A DNA stretch of 64,000 bases from Mizuhopecten yessoensis (lineage: Eukaryota), in contig NW_018480077.1 of NCBI RefSeq assembly GCF_002113885.1, forward strand, positions 2,042,145 to 2,106,144. Reading direction: 5' to 3'. Shown here one piece after another: positions 49,001 through 61,000 of the stretch. The notes under the pieces are model-generated. The model was not told the DNA's origin. It searched no databases and saw only the letters and a list, made by a program, of their open reading frames with translations. The translations under genes and the position numbers were made by a program. Each line of letters opens with the position of its first letter. Position 1 is the first letter of the stretch.

Positions 49001-52000
49001 ATAGGCGGTTTGAAGACTTTTTGTTTCACAAGTGTAAATAATCTTTCCGAAAATATGGTGGACAATTTCTCCTGTACAGTTATTTATATATAAACTTAAT
49101 TTATATTACAACAATTATGAAACAAGTTCTATCAACTTATATTAGTCACTCTTGTTGGCCCAGATGTAAGTGCGGGGGGCCTTTAATGTGGGAGAAAAGC
49201 AGGGTACCTGGAGAAAGCCCACATGATCGGGAAAGTGACCCCATACCTTTTCACACACAATTGGGGAATCGAACCCCAGCGGCCTTGGTGAAAGGCGAGT
49301 GTGTTATCCACAGAACCAATCAAGCACCTGTTATTTCTTGTCATATCAGTGGCGGACCCAGAGGGTTTCTTGGGTTTCAAGAAACCCCCCCACCATGAGA
49401 TTTTCTTTAAAAATAATGTATTTTCACTATTTTCCTCAATTTTCCCCCACATGGAACCCCCCCCCCCCAGAAATTTGGAAACCCCCCCAAATAGGTCTCT
49501 GGATCCACCACTGCATATGTCTATGTTTTAATAACACATATTGTGGAAGTCTGGGTCTTTAACAGGGTATTTAAAGCAAGGAGTGTTATTTCTATAACAC
49601 GCAGGAACACCCGTTTTGCAGCTGATGAACAATATATTGTGCATTTTTCAAGATCAAGGAATTTAGTTGAAAGTACATTAACATGGTCTACAAATTAATA
49701 CTACAGCTAGATAATTTTTGGTACAGAATGCTTGTAAATAACAGAGTTGGGTTCTTGTATGTGCCATACAAAAGCTAAAAGAGGGGGAGCACTAACCTGT
49801 GGCTCCCAGAGCACTTATTGCCAGCTCCTTGGGTCGGTTGGTGGGTGAGGTCTTGAGGACATTGATCAGATGCTCCATTAGTGTGGACAAGTAGGGTAGA
49901 ATGTCTTTACCTACAATAAAACATTGTTGAGACAGGTAAGGCATAATGTCACTATTTATAATACACATTTAACAGAAAATTGCATGGAAACTTGTAATGG
50001 AATAGCTGTGTTGCAAAAAACAATCAGCCATTTTTCATGCATATCATTGTTTCTGATGCAACTTTGATTCCCAAAATCAATTTACATGGTTATTGGTGAA
50101 ACCTTTTAAATTTTGAGACAGTTAAACTAACCAAGGTTTTCACAGAACATCTCCAAAGCATAGTAGCTTTTGGTAAGGCCTTTTGGGTTTTTATCTGCCT
50201 CCTGTGTTGCTCGACCAAGGTATTGGAACAGCAGGGGAAGTAACTCTGAGGCAAACTTGCTGATGTCGGGCTGAAAACAGAGAAATGGAGATTGTAAGGC
50301 ATGGCAAGTGTGATGTTCTACCATACCTGCCTCTTTGATCGTTTTTGTTTATGTGATCTCTGTCTTATTACATACTACAGTATAACCTGTCAAAATTGGA
50401 TATGACTCATTATATGAATAAATTGTTAATTTATATTGTAAGTTATTTGGACATTTTTACCAATGCATTGTGTTTTCTTTCACAAATTATACACCTCAAT
50501 GAAAAGTCCATTATAGCACTGACACTCAGTAGATACACAGCAAAGATGTTTGACATCATTTACAAAGTTGAACACATGTGTGTTATTCAAGATTTCTAGC
50601 GGAAAAAACACCTAAAACAGCATCTGTTAATTTGGGAGAGGCAGTATTCTAAACTTACCTGTAGATGTTCAGAAAATTGCCCAAGAGCAAAAAGTGCTGA
50701 GTTCCTGACCTGTTGGTCTGGATCATTCAAACCCTTAACAACACACTGTAACACTGCCTGCAAGTGTCTGAAAACATCAAAGTCAAAATCTAAATCAAAC
50801 ATATACTATAACACTGCCTGCAAGTGTCTGAAAACATCAAAGACAAAATCTAGGTCAAAATACAATTAAACACTGTCTGCAAGTGTCTGAAAACATCAGT
50901 CGAAAACTTGGTCAAACATATACTTTAACGCTGTCTGCAAGTGTCTGAAAACATTAAAATCTTGGTCAAAATACATTTAAACACTGCCTGCAAGTGTCTG
51001 AAAACATCAGTCGGAAACTCGGTCAAACATATACTTTAACACTGTCTGTAAATGTCTGAAAACATTAAAATCTAGGTCAAAATACACTTTAACACTGCCT
51101 GCACGTGTCTGAAAACAACAGTCAAAATCTAGGTCAAACATACTGAAACACTGCCAGCAAGTGTCTGAAAACATCAAAGACAAAATCTAGGTCAAAATAC
51201 AATTAAACACTGTCTGCAAGTGTCTGAAAACATCAGTCGAAAACTCGGTCAAACATATACTTTAATACTGTCTGCAAGTGTCTGAAAACATTAAAATCTT
51301 GGTCAAAATACATTTAAACACTGCTAGCAAGTGTCTGAACACATCAAAGTCAAAATCTAGGTCAAACATATACTGTAACACTGCCTGCAAGTGTCTGAAA
51401 ACATCAAAGACAAGATCTAGGTCAAAATACACTGTAACACTGCTTTTGTAAGTGTCTGAAAACATCAGTCGACAACTAGGTCAAACATATACTGTAACAC
51501 TGCATGCAAGTGTCTGAAAACATCAAAGACAAAATCTAGGTCAAAATACAATTAAACACTGTCTGCAAGTGTCTGAAAACATCAGTCGAAAACTCGGTCA
51601 AACATATACTTTAACACTGTCTGCAAGTGTCTGAAAACATTAAAATCTAGGTCAAAATACACTTTAACACTGCCTGCAAGTGTCTGAAAACATCAAAGAC
51701 AAAATCTAGGCCAAAATACACTGTAACACTGTCTGCAAGTGTCTGAAAACATCAAAGTCAAAATCCAGGTCAACTTCAGTCAAACGGTGCAAGTATATTG
51801 CAAGTATATTGATTCTTCTATCCCACATCAAGTATGCCTTCTATCAATGTAATATTTGGACCAGCAATGCCTGTAGTTGTTAAGAGTGACACTGAATTGG
51901 TTGAATAAATTCTACAAATAGTAACAGTGACCTTGGCCCTCCAACAGTAAAATAAGAAATTATTTGAGGTTTTTCTTTTACTTGGCCTTTCTATCAAGTT

Positions 52001-55000
52001 TGATGAAAACAGTTAACAAATGAAGTTGCTTGAGCAAAGACACAGAATGGCAGGTGCATAATATTTAAACACAGAAATGCGCAATTTATTAACATTTTCA
52101 GATTAATGCGATATTTCACAAATAGATCAGAGCTTATAAAAACATATGCTTTATGAAGGTTTAATCATATTACCAAACATGTATACTTACTTGTTTGTGA
52201 TATAGTCAGCACAGCCCTCGACAACCACAGCCAGAGCAAGGTAGGCTGCACGTCGGTGGGAGGCGGTCTCGCTCAAAATGGCCGGCTCTACAATTGCCAT
52301 CTAGAGGAATAGACAATTTATCTCCCTATAAACAATGCATCTCCTTGTAAATTATATATCTCAGTGCTCAATTTCTTTCTCAACATATCTTTCATCAATT
52401 TCATTGTTAAATAGTCTACTATAAAAAAAATACAATAAAATCAACTTTCAAGTACATTTAACTTTGCACTATTTGAAGATGAGTAAGATCATTTGAAATG
52501 ATAAAATTCTACCAAACATTGGTACTGAGCCACCAACGAAGACTTTTAATTAAATAATTAATTTTAATTTGTCCGTAATATTTGTAAATCAGATGAACAC
52601 AAACAAGGTTTTTATTGTAAAAGAATGATACTGTATTTATAAAAAGTTTGAGGTTTGTAACACAACTTACCAGATTTGGGATGAATTTATCGGGAGGAAG
52701 ATGGAGAGCCATGGTATCAATCACCTGTCAACATAAGGTCGTAACATCAACTGAGAGTCTGATGTGTTTAAACCTACACAATCTTAGAGAGCAGTCACTA
52801 GCATTCATGACTAGTGCAGTGTTGTTAACAAAAGCTGGCACTTGGCAATTAGTTGATAGGTACTTTGTCATATGTGACCAGCTACTTTTCTGTTATCAGC
52901 TGGGATTCTTATAATATCACCGTAAAATGTCTCCTATATTTTCTATAATACCCCCCTCCCAAACTCAAAACATCGCAATGCTTGATATTCTCATATTTAC
53001 CAGGTTCAAAAACACAATTTTAACCCTTACTACTGAGGCTTTTTGCAGTATATTCATATGAGGATGGTTAAGAGGCCTGTTTTCACCACACTCACCTGAG
53101 GACCGTACACCGAGGGCTTCTGTGCCTCTACTTCATCTATTATTTCATCTTCATCTTCTTCGTCATCTTCTGACCCAGCGCACATCACAGGGAAAATCAC
53201 ATTCAACACTGGATTTACCAACTTCTGTTTCAGGAAAGCCTAGTAGAAAAGTAAACCCATTCCTGATGACATGGTTGTAACAGCCACATGATACAATAAC
53301 CAGTCCCAAAAAATATTTGTAATAATTTTATCTTCTTTTAAACAGCATAGGTATAAATTCAAGCATGACCTTCCCTTATTGTTCAGAAATGACAGGTGTT
53401 TATATCAGCCAATGGTGTCTACATCTAACATAGGCTAGGCGTGCGTTGAACACACGAAATACTCGGGCAAGCTTACCTTCTTCTTGAGCTTGACGAATGA
53501 TGCTATGAATGACATGGCCTTGACTCGCACGCTGTCGCCCAGAGTAGCTGTCCCAGCAACCTGAAGTGTGATAATTTTGCAGAATATCATGCCTCTAATA
53601 TTATATATCTAGTGTAGAACAAGAATAGTCAAATCTGTGTAATAAATCACATCTAAAAGAGACGTTCTATGTTGAGAGATTACTTTATATATCCTCCATT
53701 GCAATTATTTTTATGGTAACTAAACCCATGTTAGGGGACCGCCTGCAACAAGACACCACTTTACAAACTTTTCAAGGATGGTCCCTGAAAACAGATTTGG
53801 CTGTAAAATGTGTTTGAAATGTCACTACCAGATATATTCTAAACGACATATATCATGCCTACAAAAAATGGTATAACAGCAATATTTTTATACTGATATT
53901 TATTTTCAAGAAAGCAAAATGATGAGCAAAGCCGGGTAAATGTTCAGTTGCTATACTGCTATTGTTTACAGAAATGAAATAAAATATGTTTACATTGACA
54001 TACAAGTGGATTTACTACTGTAACAGACAAGTAGATGCCTTAAAGTATAGAATTTGAGTGTACTTCGTCCAAAAACAAACTACTCTATTTATCCGGGAAT
54101 AAGCCCATGTCTGGTAATAATGCATACAAACAAATGATATTTTATTATTTTGTTATAAACCCGTTCCCCTATTTTGAGTGAGAAATTATGTGTTGGCCCA
54201 CCTGGGCTTATTACAGGATATATACAGTAGTTCCATGGCCAAAATATTTCCAGAGATCTGTATTTTGATTACGGTGTACTCACCTCTAGACAGAAGTCCA
54301 CCACTGTTTTCATGTACGGCACAATGATGTTGACTTCACACTCCAGCATCTCATCAAACACCTCCAACATTTCACAGGCTTTCTCCTGCAAACACAACAG
54401 ATCCAACATCAAACTCGCCAACCTTTTGAAGAGTCGTCATGCTCAAATTAATATATACCCTTAGGGCTGTTTCAGAAATAAGATTCTGGGAGGGGTGGAA
54501 GGCACTTTCTTTTCAGAGACCCGAGCACCAATCAAATATCAAAAGTGACTTAATATTTGATTGGTGCACAGATCTGGGTTTAAACCCACCACACACAATA
54601 TACAGGTGTCTCCTACCTCCCCATACAATTAATTTTGGAATATTCTTTTAATTGGTAAAATATGACACTTTAGAATGACATCTTTTGAGTTGTTTGATGA
54701 GATGAAATCATTAGATCTTAGAAAACAGGAACAGTTTAGGAAGTTTACTGGTTAAAAATGTTCATTTTTAGGGTCCAAAATTCGGAGTCTCCTACCAAAA
54801 TAAGGAGAGTTGGTAAGTATGCGTGCTCTTTCGACTATACTACTCTACTTTGAACTTAAGGGCATTCTAGATGTAAGTAGAGATGGGCACAGGGAGACAA
54901 TTACAGTTGATAATATGGGTGGTGACATGATATCTAAAATTATAATTGTAAACATCTGTATAGTGCACTCTCGAGAACAACTTGTGGATGGTGTGGGGTC

Positions 55001-58000
55001 AAACCCATTCTCCAGAGGCTGCTTGTGATTGTCTGAACAAAAATGGGTACATTATGAAATGAAACCAAAAATATTGACCCCTCCAAAATAAGGGAGTTGA
55101 AATAACTATTTTAGATTTTAAGTAAGGCAAGTAATAAAGTATTTTTATTCCTACTTATTTTGTGAAGCTGGTTGATGTTGAGAACACTCCCACCGACCAT
55201 GTCTTATATCAGATTGTGTAACTCACCTCATCCTGTGGTATAGTTAATGTTGAGAACACTCCCACCGACCATGTCTTATATCAGATTGTATAACTCACCT
55301 CATCCTGTGGTATAGTTAATGTTGAGAACACTCCCACCGACCATGTCTTATATCAGATTGTGTAACTCACCTCATCCTGTGGTATAGTTAATGTTGAGAA
55401 CACTCCCACCGACCATGTCTTATATCAGATTGTATAACTCACCTCATCCTGTGGTATAGTTAATGTTGAGAACACTCCCACCGACCATGTCTTATATCAG
55501 ATTGTGTAACTCACCTCATCCTGTGGTATAATAAGTTTGGTAACTCACCTCATCCTGTGGTATAATAAGTTTGGTAACTTACCTCATCCTGTAGTATAAT
55601 AAGTTTGGTAACTCACCTCATCCTGTGGTATAATAAGTTTGGTAACTCACTTCATCCTGTGGTATAATAAGTTTGGTAACTCACCTCATCCTGTGGTATA
55701 ATAAGTTTGGTAACTCACCTCATCCTGTGGTATAATAAGTTTGGTAACTCACCTCATCCTGTGGTATAATAAGTTTGGTAACTCACCTCATCCTGTGGTA
55801 TAATAAGTTTGGTAACTCACCTCATCCTGTGGTATAATAAGTTTGGTAACTCACCTCATCCTGTGGTATAATAAGTTTGGTAACTCACCTCATCCTGTGG
55901 TATAATAAGTTTGGTAACTCACCTCATCCTGTGGTATAATAAGTTTGGTAACTCACCTCATCCTGTGGTATAATAAGTTTGGTAACTCACCTCATCCTGT
56001 GGTATAATAAGTTTGGTAACTCACCTCATCCTGTGGTATAATAAGTTTGGCAAACTCCAAAATTCTTGGAATCATTCCCTGAACGTACTTCTGTAAAAAG
56101 AAAACAAGTCTTATTTTAATTTCATGATACATGTACTATTATGAGTTACTATGAACTTCTATCAGCTAGCTATATCCTCAGCTAGCTATATCCTCAGCTA
56201 GCTATATCCAACAAAGAAACACTGCAGCCAAGAATTCTGATATTTACCTGGTACACAACCAAAAGTTAATTAAGCTATTCCTGCTAGAAAGTTGATGTTT
56301 TTATATTTTACCGTATTTGACCGCAAATAAGCCCCCTAGCTCTAGCAAATAAGCGTATTAGCCCCCTCCCCACTTTTGCCAATGTCCTGGGAACAGGGTG
56401 GGTGCCTGCAATTAAGCCCCCTCCCTGATTTTGTCTCCATCTCAAAAAAAATGTATTTCAATTTTTGTCTCTGACATGAGCAATTTAGCTAAATGGACGT
56501 AAAACAACATAAACCCAAGTTAAAATACTACAAATAACTATGTTTCTGAATTAGGCACAATAGTAATGTAATGGAAATGTAAATACCTAGTAGTGTTAAG
56601 TTTTTTTGTTTAACAATGAAAATAATCATCTGTCCTGCCAGTAAAGAAGTATATTATTAACATGGCTCCATCAATTGTCTATGGAAAATGTGAAATGCTA
56701 TGATATAATATCTATAGTGATAGTTATAGCTACAATCTAAACATATACATGACACTGCAAACTGACTTCAATTTAAAAGTGCATATCACTAAACTAACTT
56801 AAACTCATAATTCTGTAGGCTTATCTGATAACTTTTTATTAACCCGTTCACCTTTATGTAACTTTAGTAGATTCTACCACGTATGGATGAATCCATTTAT
56901 GGTCTACAGTGGTGAAAGGGTTAAGCTTAAATTTGAAACAACATTCTATTAGCCAAAAAAGACAATCCTAATCTGTAACAATCATGCTTCATTATAACGA
57001 AACAAAAAAGGTTTGTAAAAATGTTTGAAAGTTTGTATTAGTGATTTTACTAAAATGCAAAGAAATTAAAAAACGTTTATAAGAATCAACAACAACGAGA
57101 ATGAAATTAACAGTGAAGATATGAACAAAACATCTTGTTTTATATACTCTGTCAATGCTGCACAGCTGCAAGAAAAGATTATTTATCAAACACTCCATCA
57201 CTCCTATTTTTGCCACCATGCAAATACATTTACATTCTCACATTTTACAGTAGAATCATACAAAATCCGAGTCACTTTTCCCATTAAATGCTGAGGACAA
57301 TAAATTACAAAAGTAAACTTACACGTTAGTCGTCTAGCTCTAAACTTTATGGTATGATGTATAAAATCTGACATTATCTGCAGGTGTTTGATTATGAAGC
57401 CACATGATCTGTAGCATACCATGTGACTAGCATGTGATCAGTGCAGCAGAAGTCAACAAGATGCTTCAAATCAATGTTGTATGACTTAGTGATTAGCCAT
57501 ATAGATTATGTTTTAAGACTACCTAGCTACCCAGCGGTATGTGGAACTTGTCTGCATGAATAGTATAGTAAGTAATATTGTAAATAATTATAATTTCCCT
57601 TTTCTACAGAAATAAAATTAAAACTTTTAGACATAGACATATATGGCACACTTTGTAATATGTATCTTACCTTCTCATCTTCTCCAATAAAGAAGATCAA
57701 CTCTGTGATTGTTCTGCAAGTAAAATATGCATACAAAATGACCCAGGCAAACAATCAGAAAGTTTCAGGGCTTTCAGTTGACCCTTGACATTTAGCAATT
57801 TCAGAAGTCAACTAGAATTTTACCTGAATTTTGGACAGTCAAAACATATGTGAAACAGAACTGTCTTTTAAAACCAAAAATTCAAAGATCATTTCAGTCT
57901 TGGTTAACACTAAAATAAAAACAACATCAGATACAGAAAGAGTCATCTGTCCTTCTCATTCAGGGTTGAATTGTACAGCTGATTTTTTCATTCTGTGACA

Positions 58001-61000
58001 TGAATCTGTGTGGCGGTACGTAGGTGATGGTGTAGTCGTGAGTAGGATTATGGGATGTGGAGACTCGGTTTACTGTCAGTCATAAAATTTAGAATTTACA
58101 CGCCATAGACAAAAAGTCAGCAAAATATCAATTTTTTTATAGACCTACGGAAAGTCTGATAGACAAGTCCATAACCAACCATTTTTTACCGATATATTTA
58201 GTGTTGGTAAAATGAAATATCTGTAATAATTAAAGTTAAACAGTTTAATAGAACACTTTTTGCTAGTTCTACTATATTCATCATTAAATCATACCCATTA
58301 TAAGGAATAACGTCAAAGACAACTTGGTCATGGTGATTGTCTATTGGTCTACTGGAGAGTTTGAACACTGGACTGCTTTTAATGTGAAAGGATTTTGAAT
58401 GGCCAGTAGTACCTGACAGAGTAGTAAGGGACATGAATCTGTGAGACAGTTACCTGATAGAGTAGTACGGTACAAGTAGACTCTCGGCATCATTGACCAC
58501 TACTGACAGCATCTGTAGCAGACTTGCCAGATGAGGCTTCAGTTGTTCTCCTGCCCCGGCTGCCACCGAGTGAAGCACAAACACACCAGTCTGTTGAAGA
58601 CGTACAACTGTTTATTCTAACATGGCAAAGTAACGAGCAAGTAACAAAGGAAGTCACATATGGGACCACATCTATATTCTTCATAGACTAGTTTCCCTTT
58701 AAAAGTAAAAAATAATTACGTTCTGGTACCATAATACATGGCATCATTATAGACTTTACATTGACTTCTAGAACTTTTGTGTAGCATTACATGCATTCTA
58801 AAGTATAATCAAAGTTATGAATAAATCCAACTAATATTATTAGAGATTACTGAGAAATAAGGGCAACAAAGTATTCTTCGTCGACTTTATTATAAAATGT
58901 AACAATGACCTCTCTCTCCAAAAGTGTTTGACTTTTGCACGAGACCCCCAGAAACTGTAGCAGTTGTGGCCAGCTGTTGGTTGGAAGGTCATGCTTGGCT
59001 ACCACGGCAATCACCTGGGAGATGGAGTTCCTCACACTCTTCCTGTGATAACATCATGATTTAAAACTTTAATGAAATGATATTTCAAAGCATAAACAAA
59101 TAGAAACAAAGTGAGATGTCAAGTGTGACCTATTACCTTGACTTTTAATCAACAAAATCTAATCAGATTTAAAACAATATGTTACTATTTGATTATGTAA
59201 ATGTTAATCTAAATCTGTTGAAATTCAGTAGCCTGAGGAATTGAACTTTTTTTATTTCAGAAGCAGTGAAGTGTGACTCTCAGTTTATTATTTCATTTCA
59301 CCTTTACACATTACCAATTTTTCTCTTTTGCTGCTGCAAACTGCTGGTTGCCATGCCAACTCAATAAGACATCACTTTGAGCCCTGCTCAACATAAACTG
59401 TGCAATGTATTGCTAAAAATGTAGTAAAAATACTTACTCCGGTTCTTGTACAAGTATCTGTAAGATGTTATCTCTGATACTGGAAGAGAAGGAAATGTTA
59501 ACCTTGATTTAGCACAGCATGAAACGGAGTTTCCAGAGATATAATGATGACATACTGAGGTTTAAGTCCTCTAATTACTGGTATATTCACTACTTTAAAA
59601 GTAATTAACTACAACAAAATGCTGTTGCAGTTTCTCTGACAGCGAAAAATGGTCCAGCAAAAATGTTTGAGTAAGGATATATCCACTACCCTATTAACAC
59701 ATGTTAATGGCACTTATCCAATGTAAATTAATCAAAAGTGAAAATGATATCTAAGAAAACAGTTCTAGGTCAACTGATGATATGACTTACTTATCATTAT
59801 AATTGTCAGGTCGTTGCTTTTGTACATTAAATATTTTTCATTCTTTACAGGACAATCTCCCTCCATATATATTGCCCTTTTCAGAAAAAGGGTGGTTTCT
59901 CCTAATACCAAGGTCAATCACTGGTATTGACAAATTTTACTTCACAATAACTAACATTTTTTTTTAAATTTTGACAAACATACTTAGCAATGATATTTTC
60001 TGGCAGAGCACGATACTGTCTCCCTTTCTGGATTTTTCTTCTCAAAAGAACCGCTGCAAATTGGCGAACCTACAGGGAAGATTAATTGACCTCAATGATA
60101 TTAGTACATGTACCAACATAATAGATCATAATGCTCATATTACCACACATTCTTACTTACTTTGATAATTATTTTTACAGACAAAATTAGAACTAACACA
60201 TTTTGTAAAGAATTTTTGACACAAAATAAAAAAATTTGCTGAAGTTGAAGATCTATTCAAGTCCGTCATCAAAAATCATGTACACCTTTTCAATGCATTT
60301 TCTGTTTTCAAGGATTTTTCAAGACAACCTTGTAAATCCAAGAACTGTTCAGGTCTGTAAATACCAAGTTCATCTCAAGAGATTACAACAGTATTCTGGA
60401 AATAGGGGTCTCACCAAATTTTTACTTGATGAACTTCAAGAACATAGAAGTGTTCAATTGTGAACCTACCCCCCTGCATTGTATACATGACCCTGTTAAC
60501 TTAATTAGCTCAAATGAATAAGAAGGATTTACCTGAGGCACTTGTGAAGATCCTAGGACCTGACAGAGACCAGGGACAATGTTGGGGTCCTTAAACAATT
60601 CTTTCAGCTGCTGTGTTGCCTAAACAGTAAAATGATAGTTAGTTTCATAAATTCATATTTCGAAACATTTCATAACATAATAAAACACGTTTATTGTGGA
60701 CTTCAAGAAAATTTGGAAGTAGTCAGGCTTTCGCTTATAATCTGATTTAAAACATAAATACTTGTAGGTACCTTCTATAAGTTTAACATTTACAAACTGT
60801 TGTTGATACAAACTTCAGAAAAAACACCAGTGGTTTACACGTTCACCTGTAACAATAGATTATTTTAACCTGATAATCTTTTCCTGAAGTGTAGGTCGAT
60901 CCCACATTTGAATTTGAGACCTTTATAATACAATTGAAATAATGTTTAAGTTTAAATGTAATAAAGTTATTGTCTCTTGTTGATCTGTGTCATAGTTGTA

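Noticed and set aside
60522-60532. IPO4 intron 2 donor GTAAATCCTT as U12-type
   Set aside because: Does not match GTATCCTT at +1 to +8; treated as an ordinary U2 donor
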